A stretch of 64,000 nucleotides of DNA from Candidatus Omnitrophota bacterium (GTDB taxonomy: Bacteria; Omnitrophota; Gorgyraeia; Zapsychrales; Fredricksoniimonadaceae). Below are positions 60,901 to 64,000 of the stretch, piece by piece (within the stretch, counting starts at the first letter, position 1; each line of letters starts with the position of its first letter). The stretch covers positions 1,453 to 65,452 of the forward strand of contig CAIUQE010000011.1 in NCBI GenBank assembly GCA_903901225.1. The letters are read 5' to 3'. The translations under genes and the position numbers were made by a program. The notes below the pieces were generated by a model. That model had not been told where the DNA came from. It did not search any database and saw nothing but the letters and a program-made list of their open reading frames with translations.

Positions 60901-63900
60901 GCCGCGTACACCTTCTGAATATCAAGGCCGTCCTGGCCGCGCCGGATCTCGGCGAAAGTTTGCCATACCACGCCCTTATTGATATTGTTCCAGTCCAGAC
61001 GGAACGCCTGCAGGGCCGCGCGATCCCTGTGCGTGATATACCCCGTCTTGACCGAGCGAGACGCCGTCGTGTTATCCGTGACAACAACGCGGATCTGGCT
61101 GTCTTCCATCGGCGTGTATTCAATACGGCTTTTCTGATCTTCCGAGAGCATCCATATCCCCGCGAATTCCCTGGTGTTGGGATAGTTGTACCCTTCCGCC
61201 GCCTCATAAACACGTCCGTTGATCAGGCCCCTGCCCCTGCCATAAACAACACCGACCTGCTTGATCAGCTTATAATCCCTGCCGAAAGAATATACAGGCC
61301 GGGCCTCATCTTTTTTCCCAAAGACAACTGTGGCCACGCCGTCCCTGGGCTGGCCCTTGTCAAAATGGAACGGCGTGAAATTGATATATTCATGTCCAAC
61401 ATCCAATGCCGCTACACCGCCTGTCGTGTCCGCGATGATCCCGAAAGCCCTCTTGAAAGATCCACCCACCGAACGCTCAAGGATGTTGATCTTTTTTCCA
61501 TTGATAATTACCGTGCCGCGATCAACAACAGCCCCAACCGGCGTACGGTCCCCGGCCGCATACTTTTCAAACGCGTAAATTTTATGATCCTCCACGACCT
61601 CGGCCTCCCGCGGGTCCGCGGATAAATACAGGCGCTTTGTGATCGTCTTAATGACTTCCCCTGCGGGAGTGATCTTGACAGCCGTCACTTCACCCGTCCG
61701 GCCGCCGGCATTATAGATATTGAAATAATTCTTCCGGATATCCTCAAGCCCCATCAGGCCAAACTTCTTATCATTGAAATTGATCAGGATCCGGTCTTCC
61801 GCGCCTCTCGCTCCACCATGAAATTCCCACCGGATCACCGCCTGCCCCTTCGCGTCAAACCCGCTCACGACCGGCGCCAGGCTCATGTGCTCGATGGCAT
61901 TGCCACCGAGCGGGTCAATATGGTCGATCGACAGGACTTCATTGTTATACGCCGGTACCTGGGCGAGGATCTGCTCACGGGTCATGACTTTGGTATTCTT
62001 ATTCTTCAACACAACGACAAAGCTGTTGGCATCGTACGGACGGTTCTTCGCTTTTGCGAGCGCCGCTTCGAGGGCCTTTTTCATGGGCTCCAGGATCATC
62101 GGATGGACGCTGGTCAGCGTCTGCCCGCCAACCTCATAGGTTCCCGCCGGAAGGACCATGGCCTTGCCTGTCCCGAGATCAACAGCCTGGCCGTCCAGCG
62201 CCCCTTCATAACGGCGCGTATCCTTGTTATACCGCAGGCCCATCGCGGCCAGCGCCTTGTCGCCGGTGTATTCAAGGACTTTCACATTCTGGACGATCCG
62301 CTCATAGTCCGCCATGGTCGTGATCGGCACCGGCATCAACTTGCCCTGAAGGATGAGGCGGCCGGCATCGTCGTGCATGGTCGCGATCTTGCGCAGCATT
62401 TCCGGCGCCAGGAATACCCTGGCACCGTCCGACGCTGTCAGCACGTCGGAAGCAACCGCCTCGCCTTCCAGGATGAATTTCCGCCCGGTCGGCGTGAACT
62501 CCGCGGTATTGAACTGGAAGAATTTGCCCAGGTTCTGCACGGCATTACCGTCGATCCGCGCCTCTTTGACCTGCGGCTTTTGCTTCTTTTCCGAGAATGA
62601 AATGTTCGACAACGGGTTGTACCAGCGGTTGGCTGTCAGGGACGGTGCCCAGGTCATATCCCCCACCGAAGTATTAATGGTCGTGTTAAGGCCCCAGGTC
62701 GGACGGTCACCTTTCAACCCAAACTGCAGTGATGCCTGAACGCCGGACTCCTTATCGCCGATAGCCGGGAGCGGCACACCCGTCACAAAATTCCTGGAAT
62801 CCTGAACGGTAAAGGCAACGCCGCCCACTTTACCGCCAACCTGTGTTGTCTGCTGGCTGAGATTGTATTCAGGGCTGACCTTAACAGGCACACCCAGCAC
62901 CTTGCTTTCCACGCGCGCGCCCACAACAGGACTGGTGCCGGACATCGTGTCATGCCCGACACCGCCATAGAGTTTTACGTTCTTGCTGAGATCAAATTCA
63001 TAGATCGCCCGCGCGAACTTCGCGGCCTCGGCCTCCGTCAAATGAACCTTGAGATCCGGGACATCGTTGCCGTTGGCATCACGCAGGCGCATGCCGGTGA
63101 ACGTGTCCCACCACGACAATGTCAGATCCCTGCCGGCCTGGCCATTAACAACTCCCGCCTCCAGAACAAGCTTGTCCTTGAACCCGATGATACCGTTCAC
63201 CTTCGCCTGGACGCTGGCGCCGGAAATATTTGAATCTTCAGAACCCTGCCCTTTGACCATGAACCCGCTGATCCCCAGGAATATTGATTTTTCTTCCTTA
63301 CCATTGCTCGCCGTGCGGATCTGCGTGCCGATCTGGTCAGCCACAAGATAATAATCCGACGTCACACCCTTGCCCGTAAGATCATCGGGATTTACCTGCC
63401 ACTGATAATTACCGAGATGCCCGGCCGTCAAACGGTTCATCAAAGCCACATTGCCCTTGCCGCCGGTCATCGCATCAAGATGGATCAGCCGCACCGTATT
63501 TTCCGGCGCCGCGCTGTAACCGGCATTCACAACACCCTGGGAAGCGCTGACAAGAACATTTTTAGTATCCACCCAATTCCCATGCGTGCCCATCTGGAAA
63601 GACGTCGCTCCGACCTGGCTGCTCCCGACGAGCTCATTGACCGGCGCCATCCGGATGACCTGGCCTTCTTTCAGGATGAACGGCAGGCGGACCGATCTCG
63701 CGTTGAATTGATCGGCAAGCTGCGCCGCCATGATCTCACGGCCATCAGGCGTAAGGCTCACGTTATCCAGGATCTCCTGGCGCGCCTTGCGGTAGGCAGC
63801 GCCCAGCTCCTGGTTATGCGCGTTCACCGCTTTCGTATACTGTTCAAAGAACGCCGCGATCTCTTTACTCTTGCCCGCGGCCTGGTCCTTGCTGGAAAGC

Positions 63901-64000
63901 ATCTGCCGCTGGGCGGTCAGGACGGCATCCACCGCGTCAAGATTGGCATTCTGGTTCTTGCTCAGATCGCGCGCCGCGTAGCGGCCTTCGTTGATCGCGT
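42942..64000 (-). CDS. Giant (>7,000 aa) multidomain membrane protein containing a GT48/GT2-like glucan synthase; 5' end outside window
   Basis: One stop-free frame runs from the window edge (AINEGRYAARDLSK...) to TGA at 42942. Recognisable motifs are spread along its whole length. Confidence 0.92.
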   Translation of the reverse strand, partial: AINEGRYAARDLSKNQNANLDAVDAVLTAQRQMLSSKDQAAGKSKEIAAFFEQYTKAVNAHNQELGAAYRKARQEILDNVSLTPDGREIMAAQLADQFNARSVRLPFILKEGQVIRMAPVNELVGSSQVGATSFQMGTHGNWVDTKNVLVSASQGVVNAGYSAAPENTVRLIHLDAMTGGKGNVALMNRLTAGHLGNYQWQVNPDDLTGKGVTSDYYLVADQIGTQIRTASNGKEEKSIFLGISGFMVKGQGSEDSNISGASVQAKVNGIIGFKDKLVLEAGVVNGQAGRDLTLSWWDTFTGMRLRDANGNDVPDLKVHLTEAEAAKFARAIYEFDLSKNVKLYGGVGHDTMSGTSPVVGARVESKVLGVPVKVSPEYNLSQQTTQVGGKVGGVAFTVQDSRNFVTGVPLPAIGDKESGVQASLQFGLKGDRPTWGLNTTINTSVGDMTWAPSLTANRWYNPLSNISFSEKKQKPQVKEARIDGNAVQNLGKFFQFNTAEFTPTGRKFILEGEAVASDVLTASDGARVFLAPEMLRKIATMHDDAGRLILQGKLMPVPITTMADYERIVQNVKVLEYTGDKALAAMGLRYNKDTRRYEGALDGQAVDLGTGKAMVLPAGTYEVGGQTLTSVHPMILEPMKKALEAALAKAKNRPYDANSFVVVLKNKNTKVMTREQILAQVPAYNNEVLSIDHIDPLGGNAIEHMSLAPVVSGFDAKGQAVIRWEFHGGARGAEDRILINFNDKKFGLMGLEDIRKNYFNIYNAGGRTGEVTAVKITPAGEVIKTITKRLYLSADPREAEVVEDHKIYAFEKYAAGDRTPVGAVVDRGTVIINGKKINILERSVGGSFKRAFGIIADTTGGVAALDVGHEYINFTPFHFDKGQPRDGVATVVFGKKDEARPVYSFGRDYKLIKQVGVVYGRGRGLINGRVYEAAEGYNYPNTREFAGIWMLSEDQKSRIEYTPMEDSQIRVVVTDNTTASRSVKTGYITHRDRAALQAFRLDWNNINKGVVWQTFAEIRRGQDGLDIQKVYAADVNGNPDRTRLVGTGRQGYRGDFTYVTGKGDTRVAQVMYDGHLQATSFRKDLGQGRQSLPLIQYYSTDSLTSIPIYKNYGVNGDFAEFNELRRNGHTLVFGVTSGFETATIEVFNSHGGKSEAMIYGHEAATIFPYSDSPTADLDSRVYTNIFNLVNRYAFFQGRDPYFGGSVARSNNDPVLKALYTGEGQRRRSQELPVAAPVMAQREPGLTVGAATLEALPETLLEGIRMNFVPYSGNHGSGLFLTHPRTARHDYASTEDEALIIRALTCQGQYADAARALRYYYILTNGGQDPVYAWYHVDSGMPQELIPGFKSARPSSRTAAAQIALARAAYEYFLATGDRHAHDMTGNLLEPLRNKYLVQGGLIERVAPETEDHNGITFWAEAKKLYTTDNANAYVLCDRIARTARGDDKLRAVSLELRASVGAWLNSNILPRFQREGVVITGTHEIQIVTKDKDDANSLVKKGNVYAENLHTTTSATLAFIRAQAAMGADQGLLFKGMDRATAMFGVRANGVWGMDWTLPRGEVDMASSRMTAEYRDVARSIGYHAGEAAAVNGLNRMQNHGGYIEVATPQDSLFSVKDVDVNGLRTADGSYVLVPHDKSGWAYSPAAAAQVLMDAAPVARAQQVMPINAQVEHDAANDVKKFWWGFAYVLAGLIGLNLISWSLIWPIWKRRLDNARKEGKVVVSLAIMEAAEERWAKNILFTNFMATAQQTCDGVIRSSDGPVDENFSGNLRAIYKLGLAWRAAKAGWSEAELHDKLMSGDAFLNGLDELMLIHAFLARRVVFESKKDSVGSFESKKNSAGSMDSNHGWSRMEQYAEYYRSAITRLMDEKQKIVVAGGNASGVAEKDRIIAQLFGQFGLQPRGSPAITTPDDLVFIQEILQNYVTPGAHLQRLETIVGAVNVQAPLNGGHHEIVGNTTENVIAVLANVMAVNGAADVKKDHIGKIQNGLKDFFKREYFEIIPKWYIFIDIAKVLPQLVGVLIAMVAGYQQFVGGVSIFTFLGALPAVLVAMPVIQLALAFVGVGVVLRVAVSALAKTQYKGYLNVDETAARILKGFHHASHILRGIGFVLIGAGLSMVPVHGLGQWFMTHGLMWLVAGTEAAGVFLPYLFTLYSRVTQTWINYQERTGNNRFSGLAKFLNLLNIPESRPMSIVGDSLIRHLQPSVPTGRAMDLFKAIVNYAVLSGLFMWLGGFVMGQAAMVNWISDVYLTSGVVWQLGAGSFVLALALYMTRYAISNVINSVASAFVTWPMKTLGLAYVVAAAVTGILHMPFVLPVNGMVVAILIAASLLDKKIITLLMARNDARIEKAYIDNVAAHEKAHGVKKLFTLVFAGGDAVGTLGRLGGQIVIDRWNWFKDRSSHGIDVMAEVDDLVGTAGDEKVKEWITELHQVETTFKVTLWHPVQILIDAQKAGTQQADVANDNIWLYARDEAQKDRLIRTWKLRRFLVSMQSSGGHSQDTGITIMDIALALKEKLAGVDIGMILLSNKYEDGNKNPSAENYQWNDDKGQRVKLLRLVKTLTGIEGNVVHDWTAFANKAAAMTGTDMVHEWVSRQDTFLIMDRNATVHNMDDFVLDVKTSLADDSLVIVVPSRGTTNIKSPHGESSQSIEEGHRAYVKGVMAIGGAAGESVGTGWGNILKNTYWRAQTALMNPQYPTMPLSIRSRTLRRGFWDNYFSGLFGLVGFIPSAVGISEDIWAVQQQAHTVIGLGGTPRFAQSKAFWHKIRETYAQHEWMAAFPRWSGGFPQLMMDKMMQKIQDYGPQSIFAKEIRDNGGRFFLTAPHGILFILLIPIAIKFGFLPFIGVNLVFAILGGMFNQVLTFNGLIAYLEAHEFYTKTAVVFALVAAAIVGIFGGDPVSVYLAFLAGGFIIGLSRWLSNRPRDFLLFATQQMIHLLGQAARQSLKFTLSGADAEDSISVEMRKHVTRKYENFINMKVIWGFGLLLFGLNLWALSGLDMLNVILLLPSLLFNLGLVIGMFVMKTPEGHFAGNAKQWGSRLAGWGVAGVLYSGLSSLVLLGGTWGAMAAYTVLVFGVGLTLLTWVLMYYPKAIVEQIHHPKTGAMRRAENNRVQGHSGAEKQIEGLNKKAGKLNNFHAGLIKYFPPAMLANMFDAHMTKLKKDKKMQEARLYSEFLRSFVVALFGMIWFFIVPIPGFLAFDTLAARISIPLGNLLWIVGGTVVTFVLARVAFKVSSAISSRYAKERLVELHKYYELIEKDPGIFAAPEAVGQKMRFVSHVRALLADTFIYVEQGSDGYAHKSMDVIEKALKNIQGRAAAPAPFVPSTATRELYNDQVPPLNYTATAGVDNRVRAIDAQGQTLNKARDEVLRDLYAAVPYLSQAPPCAVVVTSDFARTADSIAAYNPAEKTLYVHLSNLDRLVELTGEDKAAYLLFLQGVVEGHEKFHVEGADEPVAMARQLLYLRAHPAIEEATRKVLARPEVFGVQAVDGFDRMLAGSDPSAVNFGYKQILTDKLLEDGAQVGDQLARNHLNLARPQWSIFHNIPLGGQEAARDVVDRVQQVIADKLADTDRGKAIYQALAKIHTTVANFMIGPRPIMERQEFMSGLEEDARGVTPFAYQVVGPRLMPDLSVVLELKSASDNPTLLRGRMAARFTGDLPEGYRRFVPDINHISVAYLKEGDVEQLRELNAAFAVMRQELAGSPVFVTASRVNVSTTVKKIIPDEALMGVELAQVSAESIAALDPQESNLGSPAWIKVTTAGLRGIVPEQRTDVLTIPKGRVLAERLMRGELQDEEIDTLSVDVLADVLRLIPLDKFFLQEKMLVYSGPPGVGKGAIMASAFKGDKALYRDFVERLALYHTRHPRAGEVDGEQYHFGFHNLGVADKNRLLTLATQGKIDLVRVNKQLQGMAKEDFEETVTLHMKDAPIETVLEGDKDVDLSDENIKVVRPIKGLASAFGSKKLTVLEGGYSWFRTLSDAYGKMYTIFITPFTSHQISLRAVNQRVIAEIFISPFERFLGYSLTNMMRREMHKEEIDLRDLRLRGELQRRVWEWERKYAGARGTKIEKEAVMALGRNSADKIKALAANAALIESDLFIEQVDHLVVDYFKRPSFRVNGDVVDSVRAMAYEMQMRLVRNEDRGDISFELQVASRKKEQTGDFNKPEDMLNRVIEGVVQIMLMNEYVREGRGALVVYPFVWEKNGGFKERVRQQAVEEISQKYFSYLLKALASSEAQRVSGLNVGVNVLPELTGLTDANNLAREIETFLLPDIKERKQTHVMLVNERIKMLASRDWQRLYDGLSSVIKGKVSLEEYGVECEKFFYVYQNLSPRARDILIAGAAAHDAGVRYGIREWDHYGEGANIIAGELRKRGYHESVVTAMTFFVRHHGVVDNFGRDYLYNDMFQFKGEWLDIFFLMAFVDGSDRNGGNFYGLEQMKRAWATRYKYMVDGLTLEQRISVLITKNRLLVREIARKTRQVVKALQKKRYWTEAFEHDYLERIRVYCPGFLANLAEVNVVAFAELLQQLHRTVQMQEVNGQFIKDVVVTTSHDFMAMRDLQERLAYLQPLAEDLANRKELPVTVLYNGSQLEIEIQLSAPFMDFAAPFKDKVPGRAFGDNAARVQRIVADRNLSDMKQSPVTVQPRPDAGTVRSFAWPLLLLMAPATATAGWSALTWAGVFIAVGVVAFTILGAVALTYGIVRSKAPSKWEKIIQTNPFKLLLVSLIVGLSLPLKLTGIVFGAIKKLLGRNRSQENIQCALLPLAALVLTSPAHAAAILAGMGLLLVAGVVVGQIKKNQGDRNEIQAARQNNIELAEQLAQEPVPAVTRRTRSLNDFSTVLEEQGVDPHAYTTLIYPASGNADPLNAVRLARYFPNLKELYFISTSYNDVPDLARLQQQCYDRLDGIDPRRTFKILLIKENYYFWRYQRTQEPGSVVMIDKRPGRDSQMRKEQPFYRRMREDMQDGDLVITEVSPVASAIYQWSASVGERFSFAEIPGWRTTGNWRAGIKTSVDDAKVLAFTEDLPVPQAVQARLDSGKFGINVPQLSILATPGRIVSPVCSDAEDQFLKACYQKDIALVKVPVASIDLYPASGQCHGAGLPVVWDKPEGCVLILVKSVHSFSGSKTALVLDAPCVSVNSGHKNMLEGLIVTYRKLASGRASVYLYRPYLDETAFSFIRNYIFTHFDEAGFLGNGFEKNAWRIVEADRPELNAHMLQWIGNKCPGIFRGRNMSGVDLSGSFLEKITLEEADLSRVKLEDAHFVDVRLVKTNLSYSSLMFIRMKDVKAARASFVRARMNRAYLTGVDLFSADCRYADFRGTTFEDVDFRGACLEGANFSGASFERCQFDDEAEMSFGNIQCSLLPLAALLALTSPAHVAAILAGMGLLLVAGVVAGKLAQEPYPADSRRTTSLRDFNASSADPVRASKLLSSNERDDMQDFLGDREKVMDKFPKFPAKEKGQLRKFLDRRGSKADALALVRADVRWATAAFEEDAQAWVRPEDIIIFSWNHTTRSGKKFIILSPTHNWNREEQFASLAYESRILAAGGVGYEDAVRQATQAANTARSYLSGRARSARRRWSEVMAAWANSVTTEEVDKAVSNLAACVEQFPETFYYFLEAFKERSNLSEVEAARWEDLFFELLRSAVLSGYPLDREFPQYLARMFDAEGPLSRRCFAWALGSVMSRRSLAMATDGNIKALMDVYTKAGTDEEKQVLLCGLKKVVQATGRTFVSEGIRSGLIALRLECDTVNYILRNTKPVTFDRDPARTTGPLSSDEERRLQGEIVAQRQPILKVKEVHAYDVDRDVAMRLWPERRNCEQKNILRHVIIINAPPELQSVLREFERILRIKIFAVNATFNGRHYIIFNPDHALTRRQRLITLIHEAAAISGMTHEQSEVFAVETANAMEADYVRDMGLIRYSGFTPVAMDSLPAWVKVVVLYYHGNDKARFWKLMDLIRAGHLRVTQDPKKVFDGANDGKMFLINTWQNPDPAATLIEAMDRRPDAVTNFLEKMPQHVAVMSPKTGRVDISAMDLFGLNPKQRQWVHKLESVQKEEAIVAGLRNDIRVLLSIASDKKPVLSLASVMEILDHMIAYLKNGTEKTESTKGASRETLKAARESFSQGDLETARCSLMEADNDLYRRYGQLVVQKDRVFKLVERNILSDDKARRYIPGEEMVTPLKMYWRANVPYETREYIRQLVRYRAFPFAGEAGKVEVRYAGRTLAPDETNISWYQRRIFEDALLRASVDSKTAQGAVGRLMQMYMERLDVRAYRGNELKRVSKMFGVNVGKRKPEAFRPKVMAITWGQARREFIHRIIRDHRADGDQVYRVTFRGDDGKTRETLLTLVPRHSYRAGAYKALGSANGYYVGYHVSANTQRSLVTARDPAHAFPPLSRRGEAELRAGIVAHEQEIAAAKAVFEYDEDRDASARTLRERRSHEKANILEHAIIINAPPGLKKIFRVIERAFQTKIFAVNATFNGLHYIIINPEHERTSFELRYTLIHEAAAIFGMTHEESEAFAGDVMKEPLEHAPGPRTSQPGPVVTISRFVPFGPDDPEVQQIVDLEVFAWKAMCGIDVLPESVRARIFGDPVRGSVPNHVFVARVDGVIKAGVFVSFVEEIPDHYDDVPLRHDPASRKFLLDYSIIAVRNDDCVRTLELTKRLIVASHELAMDSGRRPPVAYSRAEFFMEHILNNPGFRVEPYLKPDGKVDVRKVIDTFGIWASREHEGLPTFGDYKKFFALSLSDKDNEFCEKFARDRLKLVREFGLRLNEGEVLATEQVKRYFALSEFDSLEDYAWFHFNVVGDRFQMNIHQNFGASFHYVIPGSRPGDLASCGSNVMMVYPRELPDPGRDRFFPAKIWNAPAKSTNGGRNSSLNRVKAALSKAKELLGEAAKDLPDFVVQVGPGEELAEAGSLADSIRQVAEINVAGRSIRVDDWFVLNAPPEELAIVMVHLFQYFIYPRKDGASISAGAFGLISQQEQMYRRHFEYVRRSTDKKPGQSCVVFDRAWRDLLWNDLHARHGRGEQ
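44462..46730 (-). repeat. Intragenic direct repeat (~400 bp, two copies 1,860 bp apart) encoding NAPP/HEAAA module
   Basis: 44462-44870 and 46322-46730 align without gaps. Shared strings include CTCATGCGTCATGCCG and CGGCGGCGCGTTGATGATGAT. Confidence 0.85.
47775..49755 (-). repeat. Intragenic direct repeat encoding a hydrophobic hairpin linker (two copies)
   Basis: 47775-47952 versus 49510-49755. A 39-bp core GCCACCAGCAGCAGTCCCATCCCCGCCAGGATGGCCGCG is identical. Confidence 0.85.

Noticed and set aside
42942-64000. Giant ORF as an NRPS/PKS, RTX/MARTX or RHS toxin
   Set aside because: No adenylation, KS or carrier motifs, no GGxGxD nonapeptides and no RHS core signature were seen. It is dominated by a polytopic glycosyltransferase.

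Overview
A 64 kb window of a GC-rich bacterial chromosome using the standard code. The gene content and the giant gene suggest Omnitrophota or a related PVC-associated lineage (inference). Bases 1-29.3 kb are mostly minus-strand housekeeping genes: AsmA-like, rdgB, rph, queFECD, murI, amidase, an orphan secretin, mutL, mutS, pabB, mnmE, folC, purH, rpsU, a NRAMP plus MgtE-N/CBS pair, nth and mnmG. A small accessory patch at 13.9-18.5 kb holds REP-like hairpins, vapBC, a LamG protein and two secreted coiled-coil proteins. Bases 29.3-42.4 kb form a carbohydrate cluster: LacI regulator, coiled-coil protein, CBM-like lipoprotein, TPR-like repeat protein, clan GH-A hydrolase, sugar ABC permeases and binding protein, a laminaribiose-phosphorylase-like GH94 and two PilZ proteins. 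Bases 42.9-64 kb are the 3' part of one uninterrupted ORF of more than 7,000 aa that runs off the window. From N- to C-terminus it has a beta-barrel-like and beta-rich region, a six-hairpin glycosidase-like domain, and a polytopic glycosyltransferase whose motifs resemble eukaryotic FKS/callose (GT48) beta-1,3-glucan synthases. A mosaic tail follows: HExxH zincin, 2H phosphoesterase, guanylate kinase, HD, MTase-like, pentapeptide and GNAT modules, separated by repeated linkers. The best candidate novel system is a possibly c-di-GMP-linked beta-1,3-glucan synthesis, remodelling and recycling locus built around this giant protein. All domain calls are by eye from motifs, without database searches.
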